DNA of 32,000 nucleotides from Dickeya solani IPO 2222 (GTDB lineage Bacteria; Pseudomonadota; Gammaproteobacteria; Enterobacterales; Enterobacteriaceae): NCBI RefSeq assembly GCF_001644705.1, contig NZ_CP015137.1, positions 1,470,001 to 1,502,000 of the forward strand, read 5' to 3'. Shown piece by piece: positions 17,472 to 27,946 of this stretch (position 1 is its first letter; each line of letters starts with the position of its first letter). The notes under the pieces were generated by a model. It saw only the letters and a program-made list of their open reading frames with translations, ran no database searches and was not told where the DNA came from. The position numbers and the translations under genes were made by a program.

Positions 17472-18845
17472 TTAGTGCCACGGGGCCCGTTGATGGGTTT
17501 GCCGCCAGATGGGGCTGTCCAGCGTCAGGCACAGCTGCTGCGCCAGCGCCACCAGCCCGCGATACCCGGCGAACGCGTGCTCGCGCTCCTGATTGATATC
17601 CAGAAACGGCAGCCGCGCCTTGTACGCGGTGTACATGTTGCGCCCGCCGGCGATCATCATGTCCGCGCCGTAGCGATAGACCACATCCAGCAGCGTACGG
17701 GCGTTGCCTTCCTCCAGCATCAGCGCGTCGTCGCCCATCAGTTCGCGGATGCGCTGTTTGTCCTCCTCGGTGGATTTGCGGGTACCGGTAGCAACCACGG
17801 TAATGCCCAAGTCCTGCAACGCCGACACCACCGACCAGGACTTGACGCCGCCGGTATACAGCAGCACCTTACGCCCCTGTAGGCGTTCGCGGTACGGCGC
17901 CAGTGCCTGCTCAACCGCCGCTTCTTCGCGGGCGATCAACGCATCGGTGCGGGTCATCAGATCTGCATCACCGGTCATCAACGCCAGTTGCCGCAGCGCG
18001 TCGGACATCGCCCGCACGCCGTAGAAGCTGCCTTCAAACCACGGAATGGCGTAACGCTGCTCCAACTGCCGGGCGACGTTGATCAGCGCCCGCGAGCACA
18101 CCAGCATGTTCGCTTCAGCCCGATGCAACGTCTGGATTTCAGCGAAACGGGCATCGCCGGACAGGCTGCCCAGCACCCGAATGCCCAGTTCATCCAGCAG
18201 CGGCAGCACGTTCCAGAACTCACCGGCGATATTGAACTCGCCAATCAGGCCGATATCGTGCCGGTGTTCGGGGGCGAACGCGGTGTCCTGCGGCCAGGGT
18301 GCCGGTTCCCGTTGGCCAATCACCTGTTTCACCATCACCTCGCCCGCCAGCCGGTTACCGAAATTTTTGCTGCCGTAAAACCCGGCGGCGTCGATAGCGA
18401 TCACCGGCACGCCCACCGCCGCCGACGCGGCACGGCACACCGCGTCGATGTCGTCGCCCTCCATCGCCGGCACACAGGTGTTGTAGATAAATACCGCCGC
18501 CGGGTGATAACGGCTGACGATATGCCGCACCGCATGGAACAGCCGCCGTTCGCCGCGCCCCATGATCACGTCCTGCTCGTTGAGATCGGTGGTGAAGCCG
18601 AGCCGGTTAAGCGTCGGACCGGAACTCTGGCTGCCGCGGTTATCCCAGGAACTACCGGTACAGCCAATCGGCCCGTGTACCAGATGCGCGACATCCGCCA
18701 GCGGCAGCAGCGTGATCTGCGCGCCGTCAAACGCGCAGCCGCCCGAGGTAGCGCCGGGTTTAGGCGCGCTGCACCCCGACTTTTGCTTGTGGTTGTGTTC
18801 ACAGGCTGGCTCGTCGAACAACGCCAGAATCTCACTTCCCTTCAT
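17472..18845 (-). CDS. nifE: NifE (NifEN scaffold, alpha-like subunit)
   Basis: 457 aa from [48 protein letters not shown]...HGPIGC. SD GAGGGTGAG. The track start at 18887 is a 14-aa overextension. Confidence 0.95.
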   Translation of the reverse strand: MKGSEILALFDEPACEHNHKQKSGCSAPKPGATSGGCAFDGAQITLLPLADVAHLVHGPIGCTGSSWDNRGSQSSGPTLNRLGFTTDLNEQDVIMGRGERRLFHAVRHIVSRYHPAAVFIYNTCVPAMEGDDIDAVCRAASAAVGVPVIAIDAAGFYGSKNFGNRLAGEVMVKQVIGQREPAPWPQDTAFAPEHRHDIGLIGEFNIAGEFWNVLPLLDELGIRVLGSLSGDARFAEIQTLHRAEANMLVCSRALINVARQLEQRYAIPWFEGSFYGVRAMSDALRQLALMTGDADLMTRTDALIAREEAAVEQALAPYRERLQGRKVLLYTGGVKSWSVVSALQDLGITVVATGTRKSTEEDKQRIRELMGDDALMLEEGNARTLLDVVYRYGADMMIAGGRNMYTAYKARLPFLDINQEREHAFAGYRGLVALAQQLCLTLDSPIWRQTHQRAPWH

Positions 18846-18882
18846 CTCACCCTCGCCGCGTTTGTTGATATCACCCGGATGG

Positions 18883-18899
18883 TGCAAAACGCAGGCCAG
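18883..18899 (-). promoter_or_regulatory. sigma54 -24/-12 promoter of nifENX
   Basis: Reverse complement is CTGGCCTGCGTTTTGCA, with GG-N10-GC exact. It lies about 40 nt upstream of the nifE ATG. Confidence 0.7.
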
Positions 18900-18931
18900 C
18901 GCTGATATTTTGATTTATAAGGAGAAAGTGA

Positions 18932-18947
18932 TGTGAGGTTTACGACA
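18932..18947. promoter_or_regulatory. NifA UAS (TGT-N10-ACA) between nifE and the divergent MCP gene
   Basis: Perfect TGTGAGGTTTACGACA. It is the only perfect match in the 340-bp nifE-mcp spacer. It is unusually close to the nifE -24 (centre-to-centre about 43 bp). Confidence 0.55.
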
Positions 18948-19184
18948 AAGCAGACAATTGGCGGGGATTATCGGCACAGGAGGACCCGACGGGACACAGC
19001 CTGACCTACATCAACAACCCTTCGTTATAAAACTATTAGGCTGTCCCCCCTATTGGGCCGGTACATCACGTCTGATGGGAAACACAGCTTACTAGTTGCC
19101 TTACCGATATTGGCTTCATGTCAGCAAGACGGAAGAAACTATCGCGGCAGGCAGGGAAAACCAGTCGTTTAAAGGAGATAGGGA

Positions 19185-20777
19185 ATGTTAGAAAAAATCA
19201 AAATAAAAAATGGGCTTTACTGCGTTATCGCCGTATTTGTGCTGCTATTACTTTCTATTTGCACGTTCAGTTTGTATTCCTCCATGCAAAGCAACCTGTC
19301 GATCCGCAAGGTCAGCAGCATCGATGGAGAACAGCTTATCCCCCTTTATTCCGCCTATTCGGAAATGCTGAATGCCAGGCTGGCCGGCATCAACGTCGCG
19401 CTGGCGATTGAGGAAAAAAAGGATAACGCCACGATCGACGCCGCATTGAACCGGCTTAACGGCTATATCAACGCCGCCAACAGTACGATGACGGAACTGC
19501 GCAACATGCCGGCGTTGACGTCACAAGGCCGGGCGCTACGCGGTGAAATCGATGACGCCTTCAATGACTACATGAACAATGCCGTCGCCCCGATGCTCAC
19601 TGCGCTGCGCGAGCGAAACGTTGAGCGGTTCTACACCACGCTGGTGCCCAGTGCGCTGGAGAAAGGCGCCACCTTCCGCCAGAAGCTGACGCAGTTTGTC
19701 ACGTTCGCCCAAGGTATCGGACATGAAGAGATCGCACAGGCGGACAGCTTCTATCAGCAAACATTAACGGCTCTGATCGCCACGCTGATCGTGGTGCTGC
19801 TCATCAGTCTGTTCACCCTGAAATTCATCCGCACCGTGGTGCTGACCCCGATGCAGAAAGTCAGGACCTATTTCGGCATGATGGAACAAGGCGTACTGAC
19901 GCTGGATATTCCCCCTCAGCACAATACCGAGATGGGCGGGCTGATGATTTCGCTGAAAGACATGCAGCAGGCATTCCGCAAAATCGTGCTGGATGTCAGA
20001 GACTCGGCCGGTTCCGTGGCGGCTGGCGCGGAACAAATCTCCGCCGCCAACCGGGATTTCGCCGCCCGTACTGAAGCGCAGGCGTCATCCGTCGAGCAAA
20101 CCGCCGCCAGCATGGAGCAAATCACCGCGTCTGTGCAGGAAAACACCGCCAACACCAGCAAAGCCATGACACTGACCAACTCCGTGGCGACGCTGGCGGA
20201 AAAAAACGCCAGCAACTTTAGCCAGATGATCGAACGCATCCAGCATATCGCCGACAGCTCCAACAAGATCAACGATATCATCAGCATCATGGACGGCATC
20301 GCCTTCCAGACCAACATTCTGGCGCTTAACGCCGCGGTGGAAGCGGCCCGCGCGGGTGAAGCCGGTAAAGGCTTTGCGGTCGTCGCGTCTGAAGTGCGCA
20401 GTCTGGCGCAGCGCAGCGCCGGGTCAGCCCGAGAAATCAAAGAGTTGATCGAAAAAACGGCCAATGAAATCGCTCAGGGCGAAAAAGTCGCGTCGCTCTC
20501 CACCCAGGATATGACGCGGTTGATGGATGAGATTAAACGCGTGAATGAATTCATGGCGGATATCTCAATGGCTTCATCGGAACAAGCCAAAGGCATCGAA
20601 CAGGTTAACACCGCCATCACCCTGCTTGAGCAAGCCTCCCAGCAAAACGCGGCGCTGGTCGAAGAGTCCGCCTCCGCCAGTTCCTCGCTGCACGAACAGG
20701 CGAAAAATCTGGACGGCACCATGACGTTTTTCAACCTGAACGACAACAGCCCACTGGCTATCGCCGCACCGCGTTGA
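19185..20777 (+). CDS. Methyl-accepting chemotaxis protein (4-helix-bundle sensor, HAMP, MA signalling domain)
   Basis: 530 aa. TM1 [21 protein letters not shown], a periplasmic helical domain, TM2 [22 protein letters not shown] and a HAMP domain. The signalling hairpin is highly conserved ([41 protein letters not shown]). SD AAAGGAG. Confidence 0.92.
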   Translation: MLEKIKIKNGLYCVIAVFVLLLLSICTFSLYSSMQSNLSIRKVSSIDGEQLIPLYSAYSEMLNARLAGINVALAIEEKKDNATIDAALNRLNGYINAANSTMTELRNMPALTSQGRALRGEIDDAFNDYMNNAVAPMLTALRERNVERFYTTLVPSALEKGATFRQKLTQFVTFAQGIGHEEIAQADSFYQQTLTALIATLIVVLLISLFTLKFIRTVVLTPMQKVRTYFGMMEQGVLTLDIPPQHNTEMGGLMISLKDMQQAFRKIVLDVRDSAGSVAAGAEQISAANRDFAARTEAQASSVEQTAASMEQITASVQENTANTSKAMTLTNSVATLAEKNASNFSQMIERIQHIADSSNKINDIISIMDGIAFQTNILALNAAVEAARAGEAGKGFAVVASEVRSLAQRSAGSAREIKELIEKTANEIAQGEKVASLSTQDMTRLMDEIKRVNEFMADISMASSEQAKGIEQVNTAITLLEQASQQNAALVEESASASSSLHEQAKNLDGTMTFFNLNDNSPLAIAAPR

Positions 20778-20807
20778 CGCGTTCCGGCCAAAACCGCCGT
20801 GCCTTCG

Positions 20808-20837
20808 TCAGCCCGCCATCAACGGCGGGCTGATTTT
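20808..20837 (+). terminator. Rho-independent terminator of the MCP gene
   Basis: 10-bp GC-rich stem TCAGCCCGCC-atcaac-GGCGGGCTGA followed by TTTT. The hairpin starts 31 nt after the stop. Confidence 0.8.
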
Positions 20838-21031
20838 CCCCCCATCTTGCGCCGGCAGACACAGGCGCTCACACCAATCAGCGCGCTTGTTACACCCGGC
20901 AAGCGATCTTTTACATCCAGCGACGATAATAGAAGTGAAGATAATAGAGCTGTGTCCCGTAATGAGGCGTGACACCGCCCAGCGTTGAAGAAGCGATCTC
21001 TTACCTGCATCGGCCCTTACCAGGAGGCTCT

Positions 21032-21403
21032 ATGGCGCTCACGCCTGTCCGAACCGGCATTCTTCCAATTAACGCGTTGTTATCATGGACATTGTTGTTA
21101 TGCAGCATGCTGCTGTCCGGCTGCCCCCGCAAGTCAGAGTGGCCGCCGGCCAACCAGCCGATTCCCTACGGCAAGTGCGACAAAATCGGCACCTACAACA
21201 TCCGTTTCGATCGCTTCGACGAAACCGCTCAGCAGATCGCCCACGCCACCGGTTGCGGCATCATCACCGACAACAGCACCGCCGCCGTCCGGCCTCACCC
21301 GGTGGTCGGCACCATGACCATCCGTCAGGCGGTGCAGATGGCGATTACCGGCACCCGGCTGCGGATCACGCATCAGGACGGAGAGAGCATAGCGGTGGAG
21401 TGA
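21032..21403 (+). CDS. Small lipoprotein (123 aa) with an STN-like (secretin/TonB N-terminal) domain
   Basis: ATG 21032 follows AGGAGG. Signal peptide with lipobox LLSGC. The C-terminal 60 aa (AQQIAHATGCGIITD...GTMTIRQAVQMAITGTRLRITHQDGESIAV) fit the STN pattern by eye. The track GTG start at 20969 is rejected. Confidence 0.65.
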   Translation: MALTPVRTGILPINALLSWTLLLCSMLLSGCPRKSEWPPANQPIPYGKCDKIGTYNIRFDRFDETAQQIAHATGCGIITDNSTAAVRPHPVVGTMTIRQAVQMAITGTRLRITHQDGESIAVE

Positions 21404-21423
21404 GCATCGGGCATGATGGCTCG

Positions 21424-21455
21424 ATAAAAAAGATGTGGCTGATTTATCAGCCACA
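21424..21455 (-). terminator. Rho-independent terminator of nifHDKTY (the hairpin also faces the convergent lipoprotein gene)
   Basis: Stem TGTGGCTGA/TCAGCCACA at 21434-21455. On the minus strand it is followed by TCTTTTTTAT. It begins 40 nt downstream of the nifY stop. Confidence 0.8.
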
Positions 21456-21494
21456 CAGAACATGTTTGACGAACAAAACGACCGACTGCCATTC

Positions 21495-22157
21495 TCAAAA
21501 CACCCTATCCTCCAGCGGGTTGCCTTTCTCCAGCCGCTTGGCGAGCCACGGCGGCAGCGTGCCGGCCAGCAGGGTTTGCAGCGCGTCGCGTTGAGGCTGA
21601 ATCTGGGTGCCGGGCGCAACCTTCATCGGGTGAATGTTGTGACGGATAATACGCGCCGCCGCCGGGCCGCCAATCGCCTCGCAGAACAGCAGGTGGCAGT
21701 CGTTCAGCAGCGCTGAGCGCACCTCATTGCCTTCCTGCTCGCCCCCAGCGGGCTGGTAGCGGCGCAGGCCGTGCAGCCAGGAACCGTCCTGATCGAACGC
21801 ATAGATAAAAAATAGCCGACACTGACCAAAGTGGCCGTTAATGGTCAGCCCATCCTGCGACGCGAAAGCCGCCAGTAGCTGCGGGCTGCGTCGGGAAGGC
21901 GCAACTACCGCCAGGTGCGGCGGCAGCGCGCCGCGCAGGCAGTCCATCACCGAGCGCCAGCGCGCTGGGGTCATGGCGTCGGCATCAACCGGAAAACGCG
22001 CCGCCAGTTCCGCCTGCGTCAACGACGCCAGCCGGTCCGCATCCAGCGATGCCTCATCGCCATCGCCGAGCCAGCCCAATAACCGGGGCGGCGGCAGCTC
22101 CGGCAGGCACTGGATCAGCGCGAACAGGCGCCAGAACAACACATCATCATCAGACAT
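21495..22157 (-). CDS. nifY: NifY (apo-MoFe protein chaperone, NifX-family domain)
   Basis: 220 aa. The C-terminal NifX/NifB-C-like core reads FASQDGLTINGHFGQCRLFFIYAF...CHLLFCEAIGGPAAARIIRHNIHPMKV. Position is after nifT. Confidence 0.88.
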   Translation of the reverse strand: MSDDDVLFWRLFALIQCLPELPPPRLLGWLGDGDEASLDADRLASLTQAELAARFPVDADAMTPARWRSVMDCLRGALPPHLAVVAPSRRSPQLLAAFASQDGLTINGHFGQCRLFFIYAFDQDGSWLHGLRRYQPAGGEQEGNEVRSALLNDCHLLFCEAIGGPAAARIIRHNIHPMKVAPGTQIQPQRDALQTLLAGTLPPWLAKRLEKGNPLEDRVF

Positions 22158-22169
22158 GCTCCTTTCTCC

Positions 22170-22388
22170 TTATCCGAGCTCGGCACGGCTGGCGCGCAAG
22201 CTGACCGGGAACACGGGTTTCGCGTCCTGAGGATTGACGTAATAGGCTTTGCCGCCTTCCAGCTCGACGCGCCCGCCCCAGTAATCGTGCTGATTAAACT
22301 CCATGCCCGTGACTTTGGCTTCCAGGTCCAGCTTGGCGATGTAGCAGTACAACTGCGCGTTGCGCTCACGAAAAATGACCACCGGCAT
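22170..22388 (-). CDS. nifT: NifT (FixU)
   Basis: 72 aa, MPVVIFRERNAQLYCYIAKLDLEAKVTGMEF...[20 protein letters not shown]. The track ORF extension to 22493 is rejected. Confidence 0.88.
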   Translation of the reverse strand: MPVVIFRERNAQLYCYIAKLDLEAKVTGMEFNQHDYWGGRVELEGGKAYYVNPQDAKPVFPVSLRASRAELG

Positions 22389-22489
22389 CGGTTTCTCCTT
22401 AGCGGAACAGGACCGCCCGGACAACGCCGGGCGCCTGATGGGGGAAGAAGCTCGCGTGATCTCCCCGCCTGCGGGGAGACGCCGCCACC

Positions 22490-24058
22490 TCAACGGATCA
22501 GATCGAAGTTGTAATCGGTCTGGCCGAGCTTCATGGTGTCGTGATCCAGTTTCTCCAGCACCGCATTCACCAGCGTGGTGAGGATCGACATCGCCCCCTC
22601 GTAGCCCCAGGTGGTCTGGCGGTGCAGGTGGTGGCGGTCGAACAGCGGGAAGCCGAGCCGGATCAGCGGCACTTCAAACTGCTCGCCCTTCGCCAGCGTG
22701 TCGCGTTGGATGAACTTGCCGTAGGAGTTGCCGATCATGAAATCCGGTTTTTGGGTGAACATCAGCGAACGGAAATGCCACAGGTCGCAGTTGATGTACA
22801 CGTCGCTGTCCTGACCGTAGGGCGATGCCTCCAGCAATGCCTTCATCGCCTTCAGCCAGCGCTTGCTGCCGTTATGGCACAGGATCACCGTCGGTTCGCA
22901 GCCCAATTCCAGCAGAAACTGGGTTAACCCCATGACAAAATCCGGGTCTCCGTACAGGCCGAAGCGCTTGCCGTGCAGCCAGGTGTGGGAGTCGAGCATC
23001 ATGTCCACCAGCCGGCCGCGCTCCAGCGTCAGCGCCTCGCCAATCGGTTTACCGGTCAGTTCGCTGACCGTCATCAGCAGTTTGTCGGTCGCCGCCAGGC
23101 CGATCGGCACCGGCACCGCGGTGGCAGGCTGATTCCACACGTCCTGCACCATCTTTTTGGTTTTCACCAGATGCCACGGCTGCAATAGCAGCGTATCGAT
23201 GGCGTTCGGCGCCTCGCGCATCTCCTGCTGGCTGGTGCCGCCGGCGTACATGCGGTAGTGGCCGTCGGCCGGGGTATCCAGCACCTCGGACGGGTCCGAC
23301 AGCAGGCTGCATGGCACGTCCATCTGCGCCATCATCCGTTTCATCACCCGGAAGTTGCCGAGGTAGGTTTCAAACCCGGTGACCAGATTCAACCGCGGCT
23401 GACTGCCGGGCTGGTAGTTTTTCCCTTCGCCGGTGGTGAAGGTGCGGGCGAACCCTTCGAACATGTTGTCCCAGCCGGTGATATGGCTGCCGATAAAACT
23501 CGGGGTGTGGGCGTAAGGGATCGGCATGTCTGTCGCGACAAATCCGTCTTTCTTGGCGTTGGCGATAAAAGCTTGCAGGTCATCGCCGATCACTTCCGCC
23601 ATGCAGGTGGTCGAGACGGCGATCATCTCCGGCTGGTAGAGCGCGCTGGCGTTCTGCAGACCGCTGTTCAGGTTGTTATTGCCGCCGAATACCGCGGCAT
23701 CTTCGGTCATCGAATCGGAAACGCAGGCGATCGGCTCTTTGAAGTGACGATTAAAATAGGTGCGGAAATAGGCCACGCACCCTTGCGAGCCATGCACATA
23801 AGGCAGCGTGTTGGCAAACCCGAGCGCGCACAGCACCGCGCCCAGCGGCTGGCAGGCTTTCGCCGGGTCGATGGTCAGCGCTTCGCGCTGGAAATTCAGG
23901 TCCTGGTACTCTTGGGTGGTGGTCCACTCGAACACGTCGCGCACGCGCTGTTCGTCGTGGGCTTCTTCCATACCGCGCTTGTTGCGAAACAGCGTCTGGT
24001 ATTCTTCCTGCTCAAACAACGGATAGCAGGGCTGGGTTTTTTCAGCAGTTTGACTCAT
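22490..24058 (-). CDS. nifK: Nitrogenase MoFe protein beta subunit
   Basis: 522 aa from MSQTAEKTQPCYPLFEQEEYQTLFRNKR...ACQPLGAVLCALGF...HGSQGCVAYFR. SD GGGAGGAG precedes ATG 24058. Confidence 0.96.
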   Translation of the reverse strand: MSQTAEKTQPCYPLFEQEEYQTLFRNKRGMEEAHDEQRVRDVFEWTTTQEYQDLNFQREALTIDPAKACQPLGAVLCALGFANTLPYVHGSQGCVAYFRTYFNRHFKEPIACVSDSMTEDAAVFGGNNNLNSGLQNASALYQPEMIAVSTTCMAEVIGDDLQAFIANAKKDGFVATDMPIPYAHTPSFIGSHITGWDNMFEGFARTFTTGEGKNYQPGSQPRLNLVTGFETYLGNFRVMKRMMAQMDVPCSLLSDPSEVLDTPADGHYRMYAGGTSQQEMREAPNAIDTLLLQPWHLVKTKKMVQDVWNQPATAVPVPIGLAATDKLLMTVSELTGKPIGEALTLERGRLVDMMLDSHTWLHGKRFGLYGDPDFVMGLTQFLLELGCEPTVILCHNGSKRWLKAMKALLEASPYGQDSDVYINCDLWHFRSLMFTQKPDFMIGNSYGKFIQRDTLAKGEQFEVPLIRLGFPLFDRHHLHRQTTWGYEGAMSILTTLVNAVLEKLDHDTMKLGQTDYNFDLIR

Positions 24059-24142
24059 GGTGTTCTCCTCCCGCGCCACTAATCGGTGAACTGACGGGAT
24101 ATCAGGCTGGTTTTATCAACAATCATCGCTAAACAATCATCA

Positions 24143-25591
24143 TCAGGCGGACTTCAGCCACGGGGCGGTTAACTCGCTCCAGCCAGGGTTATTGAGCGTC
24201 ATGTCCATGTCGCGGGCGAAGATGGCGAAGCCGTCATAGCCGTGGTACGGACCGGAGTAGTCCCAGGAGTGCATCTGACGGAACGGCACCCCCATTTTCT
24301 GAAAGATGTACTTTTCCTTGATGCCGGAGCCGATCAGGTCCGGTTTCAGCGCCTTGACGAAGGCTTCCAGCTCGTAACTGCTGGCATCGTCAAACATCAG
24401 CGTGCCTTCCTTCAGATCCGGCAACGTGCGGTCGTAGTCGTCGTTGTGACCAAATTCGTAGCCGGTGCCGATGATCTCCATGCCGAGATCTTCGTACGCG
24501 CCGATAATGTGGCGCGGCCGCAGCCCGCCGAGGTACAGCATCACCTTGCGCCCTTCCAGCCGCGGGCGGTATTTGGCGATCACCGCCTCGGTCTGGGCCT
24601 GATAACTGGCGATCACCGCCTCGGCGTTTTTCTGGATGGTGTCATCGAACTGCGCGGCGATTTTGCGCAGCGACTCGGCGATCTTGGTCGGACCGAAGAA
24701 GTTGTACTCCATCCACGGAATGCCGTGTTTTTCCTCCATGTGGCGCGAGATGTAGTTCATCGACCGGTAGCAATGCACCAGATTCAGCTTCACGTGGGGG
24801 GTGTTTTCCATCTCCACCAGCGTGCCGTCGCCGGACCACTGCGCCACTACCCGCAGCCCCATCTCCTCCAGCAGAATGCGCGAGGCCCAGGCGTCGCCGC
24901 CGATGTTGTAGTCACCGATGATCGCCACGTCATAGGGTGTGGATTCGAACGGTTTGCCCTCGCGGTTATCCAGCACCCAGTCGCGGATCACGTCGTTGGC
25001 GATGTGGTGCCCCAGCGACTGCGACACGCCGCGGAACCCTTCGCAGCGCACCGGCACCACCGGTTTGCCGATCGCTTTGCGGCTGGCGTTGGCGACGGCT
25101 TCGATGTCGTCGCCGATCAGCCCCACCGGGCACTCCGACTGAATGGAAATGCCCTTGGTCAGCGGGAACAGTTGCTCCAGTTCCTCGATCAGTTTGGTGA
25201 GCTTTTTATCGCCGCCGAACACGATGTCTTTTTCCTGAAAATCAGAGGTGAAATTCAGGGTGCCGAAACTGTTCACACCGCTGACGCCGGTGTAATAGTT
25301 GCGGCGTCCGGCGCGGGAATACTGCCCGCAGCCGATCGGCCCGTGAGAAATGTGGGCCATGTCCTTGATCGGGCCGAACACCACGCCTTTGGAGCCGGCG
25401 TAGGCACAGCCGCGAACGGTCATCACCCCCGGCTGGGATTTACGGTTGGACACCAGGCATTTGCCCACGCCGTCCATCGCAGGGTCAGTCACCATCATGT
25501 GTTTTTTGCGCTCTTTGCGCGCTTTTTCAGGGAAAATCTCCAGCACTTCCTGGATGATCGCCTGATTACGTTCACTGGTTGCGTTTGTCAT
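24143..25591 (-). CDS. nifD: Nitrogenase MoFe protein alpha subunit
   Basis: 482 aa, [34 protein letters not shown]...[13 protein letters not shown]...[21 protein letters not shown]. Confidence 0.97.
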   Translation of the reverse strand: MTNATSERNQAIIQEVLEIFPEKARKERKKHMMVTDPAMDGVGKCLVSNRKSQPGVMTVRGCAYAGSKGVVFGPIKDMAHISHGPIGCGQYSRAGRRNYYTGVSGVNSFGTLNFTSDFQEKDIVFGGDKKLTKLIEELEQLFPLTKGISIQSECPVGLIGDDIEAVANASRKAIGKPVVPVRCEGFRGVSQSLGHHIANDVIRDWVLDNREGKPFESTPYDVAIIGDYNIGGDAWASRILLEEMGLRVVAQWSGDGTLVEMENTPHVKLNLVHCYRSMNYISRHMEEKHGIPWMEYNFFGPTKIAESLRKIAAQFDDTIQKNAEAVIASYQAQTEAVIAKYRPRLEGRKVMLYLGGLRPRHIIGAYEDLGMEIIGTGYEFGHNDDYDRTLPDLKEGTLMFDDASSYELEAFVKALKPDLIGSGIKEKYIFQKMGVPFRQMHSWDYSGPYHGYDGFAIFARDMDMTLNNPGWSELTAPWLKSA

Positions 25592-25651
25592 TCCGGCTTT
25601 CCTTTATACTTCGCCAGACGCCCGTCCCGGCGGCCGCTGGCGCGGGGGTCA

Positions 25652-26575
<924 letters not shown>

Positions 26576-26583
26576 TCAAGGAC

Positions 26584-26600
26584 TGCAGGGAACGTACCAG
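26584..26600 (-). promoter_or_regulatory. sigma54 -24/-12 promoter of nifHDKTY
   Basis: Reverse complement is CTGGTACGTTCCCTGCA, with GG-N10-GC exact. It is very close to the classical Klebsiella nifH promoter as I remember it, and lies about 50 nt upstream of the ATG. Confidence 0.8.
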
Positions 26601-26613
26601 CCGGGCCACATCC

Positions 26614-26625
26614 ATCAATTCATTG
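26614..26625. promoter_or_regulatory. Candidate IHF site between the nifH UAS and promoter
   Basis: ATCAATTCATTG matches the IHF core ATCAA-N4-TTG. Its position between UAS and -24 is as expected for NifA-dependent promoters. Confidence 0.4.
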
Positions 26626-26694
26626 ATTTAATTATGCTTTAAAAAATAAGCTGCCGCCGCGACGGCACAGAGACAAGACAATCGGCAGACCAAT

Positions 26695-26710
26695 TGTTGG
26701 AAAAGGGACA
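26695..26710. promoter_or_regulatory. NifA UAS for nifH
   Basis: Perfect TGT-N10-ACA (TGTTGGAAAAGGGACA), about 100-110 bp upstream of the -24 element. Confidence 0.7.
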
Positions 26711-26825
26711 ATCGGGATACCGTCTAAACGCCGTGTGCGACAGGCAACGACGCCAGCCGGTATGGAACCGGAATACGGTACGTTTTCTTAAACGCCGCGA
26801 TGGCCGATGGGATAAAATAAGATGA

Positions 26826-26873
26826 ATTAAAAGAAAAATAAAAAACAACCACGCTGGTTATCCAAACGTGGTT
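26826..26873 (-). terminator. Rho-independent terminator of the 248-aa ORF
   Basis: Stem AACCACG/CGTGGTT (26847-26873) with an inner TGG/CCA extension. On the minus strand it is followed by GTTTTTTATTTTTCTTTT. Confidence 0.7.
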
Positions 26874-26942
26874 ATTATTGGAGAATACATTCACACATAT
26901 TTAGCTATGATTCTGATTTATTCTTTCAGAATAAAAGAATCG

Positions 26943-27689
26943 TCATGAAATTTTCTGAATGGAAATAGAGCCGTCCTGAGTCGTATTAGCAGCGGATATC
27001 GGCGAATAAACCAGCTGGCTCGATACACCGTAAAAATTCTTGGTATAAGAATTCCCCGGATTTACCAAAATATCAAAATCCGTGCTGGCAATACCGCTGC
27101 CGGAGGTGGCAATCACTTTGGTTTTTAATACATCCTTGATTTCATTCGGCGTATTAACCGCAATCACATCAACATGACTGCCAGAGAAATACAACCCCAC
27201 CTGCCCGGTATTACCGGATTGAACGGTCAGTGCATACCAGGCCAGCGGCGGAGTGGCATAAGAGCGGGAATAACCGTTGAAATGCACGCTGCGCCCATCC
27301 AGCGGGATTTCCTGATTCTGGATTTTACCCAGCGGAAAATAGAGACTGACCGCGTAGACATCAATGGACGACCCCTGTTGTTCCGTTTTCGGTACGGAAA
27401 CCGTGATCTCACTGGCATGGGTCACACCGGGATTGATGAGGTAAGCCAGCCCGAGAGAAAAACCCTGAGCCTGCACGGAATCAATTTGATAATTGGTCGG
27501 CGCCTGATTGTTATAGGCCACATTAAAACTGGTTGTATTCCCCGTATTGTTATACGCCACAATGGCAACCGGTTGATTAGGTAAATTGGTGAATGTCACC
27601 GCATCTCCCGTACCTAATGTGGTACGGCTGCCATCACTAATACTTGATTTCAACTGCACCGCATTCAGGGTTTCGACTGCAATAGCCAT
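26943..27689 (-). CDS. Hypothetical 248-aa protein, predicted all-beta, no signal peptide, no family recognised
   Basis: ATG 27689 (MAIAVETLNAVQLK...) lies 7 nt after AAGAGGA; the track start 27695 is a TTG. The protein is Asn/Ser/Thr/Gly/Tyr-rich, has no Cys and has one Trp. The DNA is AT-rich and the gene has its own terminator. Confidence 0.65.
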   Translation of the reverse strand: MAIAVETLNAVQLKSSISDGSRTTLGTGDAVTFTNLPNQPVAIVAYNNTGNTTSFNVAYNNQAPTNYQIDSVQAQGFSLGLAYLINPGVTHASEITVSVPKTEQQGSSIDVYAVSLYFPLGKIQNQEIPLDGRSVHFNGYSRSYATPPLAWYALTVQSGNTGQVGLYFSGSHVDVIAVNTPNEIKDVLKTKVIATSGSGIASTDFDILVNPGNSYTKNFYGVSSQLVYSPISAANTTQDGSISIQKIS

Positions 27690-27946
27690 ATTCAATTCCT
27701 CTTAATAAATAATATTTCAGGATTAAAGCGATAGAATTACCGCCCACCAGATAACTGTAGGCAGTGGGCATTCCCTGCTCAAGAAAATAGAATATGATAT
27801 TTTTGCCATTACTAATCCATTAATGCCAATTGGATTAATTTACTCACACCCTTTTTTATTCCTATTGATACACAGGGGATTTTTAAAATATTCACGCATA
27901 TTATTTAGAATAAAATAATTCAACGGCGTATTGCTTATTATCAGAC

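Noticed and set aside
20925-20948. Two GATAAT-containing direct repeats upstream of the STN lipoprotein, considered as a Fur box.
   Set aside because: Fur boxes need adjacent hexamers forming a 19-bp dyad. Here the hexamers are 15 bp apart with no inverted copy. They are kept only as a possible operator.
27765-27779. TGGGCATTCCCTGCT on the plus strand, resembling the nifH promoter core TGGTACGTTCCCTGCA.
   Set aside because: The GG-to-GC spacing is 9 (or 8), not the obligatory 10. It also points at the ERIC element rather than at a gene start.
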